From Myxococcales bacterium (lineage in GTDB: Bacteria > Desulfobacterota > Binatia > HRBIN30), in NCBI GenBank assembly GCA_037445065.1, contig JBBILD010000001.1, positions 160,001-224,000 of the forward strand: DNA of 64,000 bases. The letters run 5' to 3'. Of this stretch, positions 40,921 to 50,187 are shown in pieces. The position numbers and the translations under genes are program-made. How positions within the stretch are numbered: position 1 is the first letter of the stretch; every line of letters begins with the position of its first letter. A model generated the notes under the pieces. It was given only the letters and a program-made list of their open reading frames with translations. It searched no databases and was not told the DNA's origin.

Positions 40921-41322
40921 GTGACCTTCGCTGATTACCTGCACCCCGTTGTCGGTGGCTTGTTCCTCGCCCTGTGGTGGGTTGGGGGTAGCCTGGGGCT
41001 CAGGGCTCGCCGGGCGCGGCCGGGTGTGCGTGCTCAACTGCTGCGGCGCCACGAGTACCTGGCGCGCCTTGCCAGCGCCGGGCTCGCGGTGGCCTTTGCG
41101 AGCGGGATGGTCGCGGTTCTCTTTGGCCGCGAGGACCTGGTAGTCGGGTCTACGACCCACTTCAAAGTGGGCAGCGTGCTGGTGTTGGTCGCGGGCCTAC
41201 AGTGGATCAGCTCGCAGCAGATGCACCGGCCGTGGGTGCGGTCCGTGCACCCGTGGATTGGGGCCTTTGGCATGCTGCTCGGCGTAGCGCATGTCTTCTT
41301 TGGCCTGCAGCTTACGCGATAA
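40921..41322 (+). CDS. Four-TM membrane protein with His at helix starts (DUF4079 / cytochrome b561-like)
   Basis: YLHP, RRHE, TTHF, SVHP each precede a hydrophobic helix. Confidence 0.65.
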   Translation: MTFADYLHPVVGGLFLALWWVGGSLGLRARRARPGVRAQLLRRHEYLARLASAGLAVAFASGMVAVLFGREDLVVGSTTHFKVGSVLVLVAGLQWISSQQMHRPWVRSVHPWIGAFGMLLGVAHVFFGLQLTR

Positions 41323-41327
41323 AGAGC

Positions 41328-42560
41328 CTACTCGTAACGCAACGCGGCGATCGGATCGAGTTGGGATGCTTTCCATGCCGGGTAGTAGCCGAAGAAGATC
41401 CCGACGGCTCCGGAAAACATGATTCCACCGACCACTGCTAGGGGTGACAGTAGTGTTGGCCAGTGGGCCAGGCTGGCGATCAGGAAAGACGCTGCGATGC
41501 CGAGCACTGCCCCGAGCAGCCCACCGGCGCCACTCAGCAACACCGCTTCGACGAGGAACTGCAGCAGAATGTGCTTTGGCTTGGCGCCTACGGCCATGCG
41601 AATGCCGATTTCTCGCGTGCGTTCGGTCACCGAGACGAGCAGGATGTTCATGATGCCGATGCCTCCGACGAGAAGAGAGATGGAGGCGACAGCGAACAGC
41701 AAGTGGGCCATCGTGCGGCTAGCGGTTTCGGAAGCGCGTGCCATATCCTCGAGGTTGCGTACGGTGAAGTCGTCCTCCTCACCGAGGGGAATGCGGTGGC
41801 GTTCGCGCAAAAGCAGGCGGATTTGTTCGGCAGCGGTGGCCATTTCCTCCAGGCGGGTCGCGGACGCAAAAATCAGGTCCACGACTCCAGGCCACTGCGT
41901 CCCGAGCAGGCGCCGCTCGGCGGTGTTGAACGGAACCACGATCAGGTCGTCTTGATCTTGCCCCCAGGCGGTCTGCCCTTTGCTCGCCAGGACGCCGATC
42001 ACTTGTAGGGGTACATTGCGCACTCGGATCGTGGCCCCAACGGGATCCTGGCCGGGGCCGAACAGTTGCTCGACGACCGTTTGTCCGAGCACGGCGACCC
42101 GAGCCGCAGCTTCGTCCTCGCGCTCGGAAAAAAACACGCCCCGCTCCACTGGCCAGTCTCGGATTGCTGGGAACGATGCGTTCGATCCCTGCAACACGGT
42201 GCTCCAGTTTTGTTCCGCATGGATGACTTGAACGATTTGCCTGCGTACGTAGGTGACTCCCGCGACCGCAGAACACTCCCGCTCGATGGCACGTGCGTCC
42301 GCCACCGTCAGCGTGGACACGCCACCCCAACCAGACCGCACTCCCGCGCTGGTGGTGGCGCCCGGCACGATCATGAGCAGGTTGGTCCCTAGACTCCGAA
42401 TTTGTTCCTGCACGGCTGCGCTCCCGCCCTGCCCAATGCTGACCATGGCAATGACCGCGGCAACGCCAATGATCACGCCCAGCATCGTCAAGGCCGAGCG
42501 GAGTTTGTTGCGCCGCAGTGCGGATAGCGCAGCAGCGAAGCTCAGGCGCAAGAGTTTCAT
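41328..42560 (-). CDS. MacB/FtsX-type ABC permease
   Basis: RSALTMLGVIIGV, VGGIGIMNI, ERTREIGIR, PAWKASQLDPI. Confidence 0.93.
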   Translation of the reverse strand: MKLLRLSFAAALSALRRNKLRSALTMLGVIIGVAAVIAMVSIGQGGSAAVQEQIRSLGTNLLMIVPGATTSAGVRSGWGGVSTLTVADARAIERECSAVAGVTYVRRQIVQVIHAEQNWSTVLQGSNASFPAIRDWPVERGVFFSEREDEAAARVAVLGQTVVEQLFGPGQDPVGATIRVRNVPLQVIGVLASKGQTAWGQDQDDLIVVPFNTAERRLLGTQWPGVVDLIFASATRLEEMATAAEQIRLLLRERHRIPLGEEDDFTVRNLEDMARASETASRTMAHLLFAVASISLLVGGIGIMNILLVSVTERTREIGIRMAVGAKPKHILLQFLVEAVLLSGAGGLLGAVLGIAASFLIASLAHWPTLLSPLAVVGGIMFSGAVGIFFGYYPAWKASQLDPIAALRYE

Positions 42561-43261
42561 CCTCCGACCCCTACCTGCCGGCCATCGTGCACCACCCGAC
42601 CATCGCGAAATTGAACGACGCGCTGTGCATAAGCGGCGATGTCGGGTTCGTGGGTGACCAGCACGATGGTGAGACCTCGCTCGCGGTTCAAGCGTTCGAG
42701 GAGGAGCATGAGGTCGCGGCTTGCAATCGAGTCGAGATTGCCCGTGGGCTCGTCTGCAAGCAAGAGGCGTGGCTCGGTGACGAGCGCTCGCGCAATCGCA
42801 ACCCGTTGCTGTTGGCCTCCGGAAAGTTGGCTCGGTAGGTGGTGTTCACGGTCGGCCAGACCGAGCGACGCGAGCATGGCACGGGCGCGGGGCTGCTGCT
42901 GCGCGAGTGGCAAATCGCTGTAGAATAGAGGTAATTCGACGTTCTCCAGGGCGGAGGCTCGCGGGAGCAAGTTGAAGTTTTGGAAAACAAAGCCGATGAA
43001 CCGGTTTCTGAGTTCGGCTCGCCCATCCGCCGAGAGGTGACTCACCTCTCGCCCGGCGAGCCGATAGCTGCCCCGCGACGGGCGGTCCAAACAACCGAGG
43101 ATGTTGAGAAAGGTAGACTTGCCGGACCCCGAAGGGCCAACCACGGCAATGAACTCGCCTGGAGCAATGGTCAGCGACACTTCTCGCAACGCAGCGTGCT
43201 CGAGGTCCCCGGCCGAGTAGACCTTCCACAAATCGCGTACTTCAACGAGCGGCTCGTTCAT
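42557..43261 (-). CDS. ABC ATP-binding protein (MacB/LolD-type)
   Basis: [26 protein letters not shown]. Confidence 0.95.
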   Translation of the reverse strand: MNEPLVEVRDLWKVYSAGDLEHAALREVSLTIAPGEFIAVVGPSGSGKSTFLNILGCLDRPSRGSYRLAGREVSHLSADGRAELRNRFIGFVFQNFNLLPRASALENVELPLFYSDLPLAQQQPRARAMLASLGLADREHHLPSQLSGGQQQRVAIARALVTEPRLLLADEPTGNLDSIASRDLMLLLERLNRERGLTIVLVTHEPDIAAYAQRVVQFRDGRVVHDGRQVGVGG

Positions 43262-43270
43262 CTTCCGCAA

Positions 43271-44467
43271 TTAGCGAAAGCGGAGCGGGCCACCGAGCAC
43301 AGGTGGTCGCGAACGCTCGGGCCCCTCGCGTGCGAAGCCGATCGCAAGCTGATCGCCCGTGCGCAGCGGACCGGACACAAGTTCCGCATAAATGTCGTTG
43401 CGAATACCGAGCGTGACATCGACCGCTTCGATGCTGCCATTGCGTACGACCCAAACCCGCGAGGATGTGGACGGTACCGGCGCCTGGGGTGCTCCTTCCG
43501 TGCTGGCTTTTCCGGGACGGAAGCGGAGGGCGCTCAGGGGAACCCGGATGACCGAGTTCTTTTCGGTAGTAACGATGGTCACGGTTGCCGTCATGCCCGG
43601 TTTGAGCGAGAGGTCGGAGTTGTCCACGCTGAGCACCACGTCGTAAGTGACCACGTTCTGCACTACCGTTGGTGCATTGCGTACTTGGACCACCGTGCCC
43701 TCGAAGCGCCGCTCGCCATACGCGTCCACCGTGAAGGTGGCCCGCTGCCCCTCACGAACCTGGCCAATATCGGATTCGCTGACTGCCGCGTTCACTTGCA
43801 TCTTGGTGAGGTCGTCGGCGATCAGGAAGAGGGTAGGCGTTTGAAAACTTGCGGCGACCGTTTGGCCGACGTTTACGTTGCGGGATACCACCACGCCGTC
43901 GACCGGCGATACAATGTCGGTGTACGCTAGATTCACTTGCGCGTCGTCGAGTTCTGCCTCTGCCTGGGCCACCGCCGCCTGTGAGAGAAGGACCTGTGCC
44001 CGCGCTTGTTCGTAGTCGCTTCGCGCTTGATCCAAGTCACTGCGAGCGATGAGATCACGTGCGAACAAGCGTTGGTATCGTTGGTAGGTGAGTCGCTTGA
44101 GGGAGAGATCAATGCGGTCCTTTTCCAGTTTGGCCCGCGCGTTCTCGAGGCTCGCCCGCGCTTTGCGCACTTTGACCTCAAAAGGGGCGGGGTCAATCTT
44201 GGCTACCCGCTGATTGCGCCGCACGGGTGAGTTGAAGTCCACATCAATGGCGATAATCCGGCCAGAGACGTAGGTGCCAACCTGCACGGTGGTGACTGGG
44301 TTCACGGTTCCGTTTGCGGTTACTGTGGTGACGATCGGACCTTGGTCAACGACCGCTGTACGGTAGGTTTCTGCAGGTTGTTTCTGACTTCGCACCCAGA
44401 AAGCGGTGAGGGAGAGCGCGGCTGCCACCGCCGCAGCTACGCTGATGGCAGCAAGGCCGCGCCTCAC
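43271..44467 (-). CDS. MacA-like periplasmic adaptor
   Basis: VQVGTYVSG, SPVDGVV, GQTVAASFQTPTLF, LKPGMTA; GTGA overlap with the RND stop. Confidence 0.9.
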   Translation of the reverse strand: MRRGLAAISVAAAVAAALSLTAFWVRSQKQPAETYRTAVVDQGPIVTTVTANGTVNPVTTVQVGTYVSGRIIAIDVDFNSPVRRNQRVAKIDPAPFEVKVRKARASLENARAKLEKDRIDLSLKRLTYQRYQRLFARDLIARSDLDQARSDYEQARAQVLLSQAAVAQAEAELDDAQVNLAYTDIVSPVDGVVVSRNVNVGQTVAASFQTPTLFLIADDLTKMQVNAAVSESDIGQVREGQRATFTVDAYGERRFEGTVVQVRNAPTVVQNVVTYDVVLSVDNSDLSLKPGMTATVTIVTTEKNSVIRVPLSALRFRPGKASTEGAPQAPVPSTSSRVWVVRNGSIEAVDVTLGIRNDIYAELVSGPLRTGDQLAIGFAREGPERSRPPVLGGPLRFR

Positions 44468-47400
44468 ACCGTACCCCCCGAAGTGACCGGCGACGGTGCC
44501 GAGATTCCTCGCCACCGGCGTAACCAGCCCGAGAAGGATTCCAGGTAGGTATAGTACACCGGGGTGAGGTAGAGGGTGACGAGTTGGGAGAACAGCAATC
44601 CGCCGACGACCGCGACGCCAAGGGGCCGTCTGGATGTTCCCCCTCCACCCATGGCAAGCGCGATGGGTAAGGCTCCTAAAAGGGCAGCCATCGTGGTCAT
44701 CATGATCGGGCGAAAGCGAATCAGGCACCCCTGGACGATCGCTTCCAGCGGCTCCTTGCCCTCGCGCCGTTGCGCTTCTAGGGCGAAGTCAATTTGCATG
44801 ATCGCGTTCTTCTTGACGATCCCAATCAAGAGAATGACGCCCACGAACCCATACACATTGAGTTCCATGCCAAAGAGTTCCAGGGCAACCAACGCTCCGA
44901 AACCAGCCGAAGGAAGCCCGGAGAGGATCGTCAGCGGGTGCCAGTAGCTCTCATAGAGAATGCCGAGCACAAGGTAGATGACGAGTACGGCCGCGATCAG
45001 CAGGAGCCACATACCCGTGAGGGAAGCGGTGAAGGCTTGCGCGGCACCCTGAAAGCTGGTCGTGATGTTTGCCGGCAGTACCTGCTGAGCGACTCGTTCA
45101 ATGGCAGACACAGCTTGGCTCAACGAGTAGCCCGGGGCCAAGTTGAACGACAGAGTGACGGCCGGCAGTTGGCCTGCGTGGTTGACCGTCAGCGGTCCCT
45201 CTCTACGCTGGAGGCGGGCGAGACCGGTGAGAGGCACCAACTCTCCGTGTGCGGAGCGCAGGTAGAGCCAGGGAAGCTGTGACGGATCTGTTTGGAATCG
45301 GTCCTGCACCTCGAGCAAGACTTTGTACTGGTTGTTCGGCGCGTAAATGGTGGAAATCCACCGATCTCCGTAAGCCGCGTGTAAGCCGAGTTCGATTTGC
45401 TCGGCGCTCACGCCGAGTGTGCTGGCCCGATCGCGGTCAATGACAACGTCGAGGTACGGGTTCCGCAGTTGCAGGTCGCTAGTGACGTCGCGCAGCTCCG
45501 GCAGGGACAGCAGAGCGGCCTCCAATTTGGCTGCGGCTTCGAACAGGGCGCCTGTGTCCGGACTTTGCAGCGTGAACTGGTACAAACTTTTTGTGAGCTG
45601 GCCGCCGATTCGTACAGTCGGCAGCTCTTGCAGAAACACCTTTACCGCAGGAAAGTGTGCGGTTTTTGCTCGCAAGCGTGCCAAGACCTCAGGCAGTGGT
45701 TCCCGCTCGTGCCTCGGTTTGAGGAAAACGAATAACCGGCCTTGGTTGACCGTGCTGCCCGCCGTGGCACTGGTGCCGATGACGCTGGCCGAGACCACCC
45801 TGACGGCGGGGTCGGCGCGGATCACATCCGCAACTGCACTGTGGTACTGCCGCATCGCCTCGAAGGAAACACCTTGGTCTGCTTCCACAACACCGAAGAT
45901 CGAGCCAAGGTCATCGTTCGGGATAAAGCCTTTCGGAACCCGGGCAAACAGCCACAAAGTGATGCCGAGCAGGGCCAGTGAAGCGATGAACGTGGCACGC
46001 CGGTAACGCAAAACGAAGCGCAGGCTCTGTCCATAGGCATCGCGTAGGGTGTCAAAGGCCCGTTCTGACGCTTGGTACCAGCGAGAGCGGCTGGTCCGGT
46101 CGTGGTCGCGGAGAAAGCGGCTGCACAACATGGGCGTCAGGGTAAGCGACACCACGCCGGAGATGAGGATCGCTACGGAAATCACGACTGCGAATTCATG
46201 AAAGAGCCGGCCGACAATTCCGGGCATGAACAGGACGGGGATGAAGACGGCCACTAGCGACAGAGTCATGGACACAATTGTGAACCCGATTTCCCTCGCC
46301 CCGGTGATCGCGGCTTCGAAGGGAGGGCGCCCGAGTTCTCGGTGGCGCACGATGTTCTCCAGCATCACAATTGCGTCGTCCACAACGAAGCCGATCGAAA
46401 GAGTGAGCGCGAGTAGGGACAAGTTGTCGACGCTGAAGCCGAGCGGGTACATCACAGCGAACGTACCGATCAGGGAGACCGGTAACGCGAGACTCGGAAT
46501 GACGGTGGCGGGGAGGTCGCGCAGGAACAAGAAAATGACCGCGACGACAAGAACGAGCGCCAAGATCATCGTGAACTGCACTTCTCGGACTGACTCGCGA
46601 ATGGACTCCGACCGATCGAAGAGCACATGCATTTCGATCGCAGGAGGCAGAAACCGTTGCAGTTCCGGCAGCAGTCCGCGCACCGCCGAGGCCACCTGAA
46701 CCGTGTTCGAACCCGGCTGTCGCTGTACGGCGAGCACGATGGCTCGCTGGCGGCGCTCGAGGTTGCCGAACCAAGTCGCAGCGCGGTCATCCTCGACTCC
46801 GTCAATCACGTTTGCGACGTCTGCGAGGCGGACCGGAGCCCCGTTGCGGTATGCGATGATTACCGGACGGTACTGCTCTGCCGACAAAAGTTGGCCGGTG
46901 GCCAGCACCGTGAATCGCTGAGAGGGGCCTTGTAGGATCCCGGTCGGTAGGTTCACGTTCGCGCTGCGGATCGCACCTTCGACTTCGTCAATTCCCAAGT
47001 TGCGCGCAGCCAGTTCGCGCGGGTCTACTTGCACCCGAATGGCATACTTCTGTGCTCCGAAGACCAGTACCTGCGCCACATCGGGAACCATCGAGATCCG
47101 CTGCGCGATCAAGGTGTCGCCGTACTCATGCAGTTCCCACATCGGCAGCGTCGCCGAGGTCAGGCTGATGAAGAGAATCGGCTGGTCCGCAGGGTTGACC
47201 TTTTGAAAGGTCGGCGGGGAAGGCATGTCGGGCGGCAAGAGAGGCAGTGCTCGCGCGATTGCGGCCTGGACGTCCTGCGCGGCCGCATCAATGTCCCGGT
47301 TCAACTCGAACTGGAGGGTGATTTGCGTGGTACCGAGCGAACTCACCGAGTTCATGGAGGTGATCCCGGCGATGGTGGAGAACTGGCGTTCGAGAGGGGT

Positions 47401-47592
47401 GGCAACGGCAGAAGCCATGGTCTCCGGATTCGCGCCAGGAAGGGAGGCACTGACGAGCAGCGTGGGAAAGTCCACGTTCGGCAGGTCGCTGACGGGTAAG
47501 GAACGATACGCGAACAAGCCAAACGCCACGAAGGCCACCATCAATAGGGAGGTGGCAACCGAACGGCGAATGAACAGCTCCGAGAAGCTCAT
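44464..47592 (-). CDS. RND efflux permease (MdtB/C-like)
   Basis: LPNVDFPT, VVDDAIVMLEN, KKNAI, RFRPIMMTT. Confidence 0.93.
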   Translation of the reverse strand: MSFSELFIRRSVATSLLMVAFVAFGLFAYRSLPVSDLPNVDFPTLLVSASLPGANPETMASAVATPLERQFSTIAGITSMNSVSSLGTTQITLQFELNRDIDAAAQDVQAAIARALPLLPPDMPSPPTFQKVNPADQPILFISLTSATLPMWELHEYGDTLIAQRISMVPDVAQVLVFGAQKYAIRVQVDPRELAARNLGIDEVEGAIRSANVNLPTGILQGPSQRFTVLATGQLLSAEQYRPVIIAYRNGAPVRLADVANVIDGVEDDRAATWFGNLERRQRAIVLAVQRQPGSNTVQVASAVRGLLPELQRFLPPAIEMHVLFDRSESIRESVREVQFTMILALVLVVAVIFLFLRDLPATVIPSLALPVSLIGTFAVMYPLGFSVDNLSLLALTLSIGFVVDDAIVMLENIVRHRELGRPPFEAAITGAREIGFTIVSMTLSLVAVFIPVLFMPGIVGRLFHEFAVVISVAILISGVVSLTLTPMLCSRFLRDHDRTSRSRWYQASERAFDTLRDAYGQSLRFVLRYRRATFIASLALLGITLWLFARVPKGFIPNDDLGSIFGVVEADQGVSFEAMRQYHSAVADVIRADPAVRVVSASVIGTSATAGSTVNQGRLFVFLKPRHEREPLPEVLARLRAKTAHFPAVKVFLQELPTVRIGGQLTKSLYQFTLQSPDTGALFEAAAKLEAALLSLPELRDVTSDLQLRNPYLDVVIDRDRASTLGVSAEQIELGLHAAYGDRWISTIYAPNNQYKVLLEVQDRFQTDPSQLPWLYLRSAHGELVPLTGLARLQRREGPLTVNHAGQLPAVTLSFNLAPGYSLSQAVSAIERVAQQVLPANITTSFQGAAQAFTASLTGMWLLLIAAVLVIYLVLGILYESYWHPLTILSGLPSAGFGALVALELFGMELNVYGFVGVILLIGIVKKNAIMQIDFALEAQRREGKEPLEAIVQGCLIRFRPIMMTTMAALLGALPIALAMGGGGTSRRPLGVAVVGGLLFSQLVTLYLTPVYYTYLESFSGWLRRWRGISAPSPVTSGGTV

Positions 47593-48755
47593 GACCTGCC
47601 CTGACCCGCTCCCGGCTGCGCAGATCCCGGCGTTCGCGACCGGATCTCGACGGCAGCCCCGTCCGTGAGGCGGAACTGCCCCTCCGTGACGACCCACTGT
47701 CCGGCCTCGAGTTCTCCCTCGACGACCACCTGGTCACCGTACTCGAACACCACTCGCAGCGGCGCCACTCGCACGCGGTCTGTCCCTTCAATGCGAAACA
47801 CGTACGTGCCCTGCTGGCCCACCTGCACCGCGGCGCGCGGAATGACCAGTGCTCCGGCTACTTGGCCTACGATGAGTTCCAGCGGCACAAACTGTCCTGG
47901 CCACAGCTCCTCGCCGGTGTTCGGAAAGGAGGCCTTGAGCAGAACGGTTCCAGTGGACCGCTGTACCGTGTTGTCAATGAAATCCAGGATGCCCTGCGCG
48001 CGTACGTTGGCGTCGTTTGCCGCATCGGCCCAAACCTGCACGGGGAGTCGAAGTGCAGAGCTGCGGACCTCGGCCAAATCTTGCTCGCGAATCTGGAAGG
48101 CCACGCGCACTGGCGACATCTGTTGGACCACGGTGAGCACCGTCTCTTGCTTGCGCACCACGTTACCCGCATGAACGAACACCTGGCTTGCTCTCCCGGC
48201 GAGCGGAGAGCGAATCGAGCAATACTCGAGTTGCAGTTGTGCATCGGCAACCGCGGCTCGATCGGCTTCGACCGAAGCCTCGAGAGTGGCCACTCGGGTT
48301 TGTGCGGCTTCGTTCTCTTCGGCGGAGATCAGACCCTGCTCGAACAGCGCGGCACGCCTTCTGGCTTCGGCACGGGCATTCGTGAGTTCCGCTTGGTCGC
48401 GGCGTAGAGCAGCCTGGCGCTGCCGTAACAGCGCTTCAAAGGGTCGCCGATCGATCGTGAAGAGGAGTTGACCCTCCTCGACCCGTTGGCCCTCGCTGAA
48501 ATGCACGGCGGCAATCGCGCCGTCAACCTGTGGCATGATGCGTACAGAGTGCGGAGATTCGACCGCCCCGATCGCCTTGATGGTGCGCGGCACGGTGCGA
48601 CGTTCCACTTGTGTGACCGTAACCGGAGCCGGCTTCTGCTGGGTGGTGGGCCCTCCGGCTTGGTGTTGGTTGCATGCGGAAATGAGGCTGACCAGTCCGC
48701 AGAGCAGCGCGGTAAGGAGACGCCCGCACGAGCGGGTCGGGTGCTCAAGGGACAC
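47589..48755 (-). CDS. RND membrane fusion protein (MdtA-like lipoprotein)
   Basis: ISAC lipobox, PQVDG, IRSPLAG, IDNTV, LWPGQF. Confidence 0.9.
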   Translation of the reverse strand: MSLEHPTRSCGRLLTALLCGLVSLISACNQHQAGGPTTQQKPAPVTVTQVERRTVPRTIKAIGAVESPHSVRIMPQVDGAIAAVHFSEGQRVEEGQLLFTIDRRPFEALLRQRQAALRRDQAELTNARAEARRRAALFEQGLISAEENEAAQTRVATLEASVEADRAAVADAQLQLEYCSIRSPLAGRASQVFVHAGNVVRKQETVLTVVQQMSPVRVAFQIREQDLAEVRSSALRLPVQVWADAANDANVRAQGILDFIDNTVQRSTGTVLLKASFPNTGEELWPGQFVPLELIVGQVAGALVIPRAAVQVGQQGTYVFRIEGTDRVRVAPLRVVFEYGDQVVVEGELEAGQWVVTEGQFRLTDGAAVEIRSRTPGSAQPGAGQGRS

Positions 48756-50166
48756 GCGGAACCTCCACAGGTTTGACTGATTGTTTCAAAAGCTCGCTGC
48801 GGGGTGTGGCCGTGGCGCGTTCCAAGGAGGCGAGGGATGTGTGAAGGTTCTGGACCGATTGGACCAGTTGACCACGCGCTGAGAGGAGTAACGCTTGCGC
48901 GTCCGTTAACTCGATCACGCTTCCCACGCCGGTTTCATACCGGCCTTCCGCCAGGGTGAAGTTCGCTTGTGCTTCCTCTACGGCTCGCTCAGCCACACGG
49001 AAAGATTCTTGGGCCTCCCCTGCGCGCAGGAGTGCCTGCCGGACCTCCAAGGCAATGTCGCGTTGCAGACCGAGCGCTTCAGCTTCGAGTTCCTCTGCTC
49101 GCGCCTTTGCCTCTGCAGTTTGTGCCACCACTAGCCCTCCCGAGAACAGGGGCATTGTGACGGCCGCGCCCACATTCCAATTCGATTGCAGGGGGTAATC
49201 CGCTCCTGACCATTCGTACTGACCGCTGCCCTGAACGGTAGGAAGGTGGCTCTTCTCCAAAAATGAGATTCGCTCCTGGGCGGCGCGTTGCTGAGCGCGG
49301 AGGCTCGCCAATTCCGGTCGCTGTTCGTAGGCGCGCTGTACGAGGAGTTCCGGGTCGAACTGCGGCAGAACTGGGAGCGGTACATCCTCGATGTCGAAGC
49401 GAGGTTCTTCTTCCAGGCCGAGGGCGTTGCCCAGAGTCTCACGGCCCAGCCGGACATTGTTGTGAGCCCGCAAAAGGTTGAGTTCGTTGTTGGCGAGCTG
49501 GCTGCGCTGCCGGGTAACATCCAACGGGGGTGCGAGCCCCACCTCGAGGCGCGCTTGCGCCAGCTCCAAGTGCCTTCGGCTTTGGCGGACTCCTTCCTCA
49601 GCGACGCGGACCAGTTGCTGGCTCGCGAGGAGCGCAAAATAGGCTTGTTGCACTTGGAAGACGACGTTTGCCCGTTGCGTGTCGAGATCGGCTGCGGCTG
49701 CCTCGCTTTCGGCGAGTGCGGCACGTAGTGCGCTGAGGTTTTGACCGAAATCGAAGAGAAGTTGGGAAAAACTTATGCCGGTATTGAAGAAGTTGAAGGT
49801 CTGCGACGCAGTGCCGAGCGTGGTCCCAGTGCGCGCTGCCACGCTCGTATTGCGGCGGTTCGCCGAGTAAACCGCATCGATCCGCGGTAGGTATGCGGTG
49901 GCGGCCTGGCGGGATCGGGCCAGCGCTTGGCTCAATTTTGCCGCGCTCGCGTGTAGAGAGGGGTGCAGCTCGAGGGCAAGGGCTATGCAATCTTCGAGGG
50001 ACTTGGTCTCAGCGGGTCCGCGGGCAGGTGCAACGGCGATCGGAAGAAGCACAAATGCCAAGATCCAGGTGGGCGAGAGAGCGGACCGACGTTTTCGCCG
50101 ACTCGCGACCCCGGCTCGTCCCTGGAGCTCCCGCGCGCCCGTTTCGCCAATCGTCCGGCGCGACAT
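48745..50166 (-). CDS. TolC-family outer membrane factor
   Basis: SLEDCIALALELHP, LLFDFG, PLFSGG, RYETGVG. Confidence 0.9.
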   Translation of the reverse strand: MSRRTIGETGARELQGRAGVASRRKRRSALSPTWILAFVLLPIAVAPARGPAETKSLEDCIALALELHPSLHASAAKLSQALARSRQAATAYLPRIDAVYSANRRNTSVAARTGTTLGTASQTFNFFNTGISFSQLLFDFGQNLSALRAALAESEAAAADLDTQRANVVFQVQQAYFALLASQQLVRVAEEGVRQSRRHLELAQARLEVGLAPPLDVTRQRSQLANNELNLLRAHNNVRLGRETLGNALGLEEEPRFDIEDVPLPVLPQFDPELLVQRAYEQRPELASLRAQQRAAQERISFLEKSHLPTVQGSGQYEWSGADYPLQSNWNVGAAVTMPLFSGGLVVAQTAEAKARAEELEAEALGLQRDIALEVRQALLRAGEAQESFRVAERAVEEAQANFTLAEGRYETGVGSVIELTDAQALLLSARGQLVQSVQNLHTSLASLERATATPRSELLKQSVKPVEVPRVP

Positions 50167-50187
50167 TCCTGGGATGCATCCTCGCCG

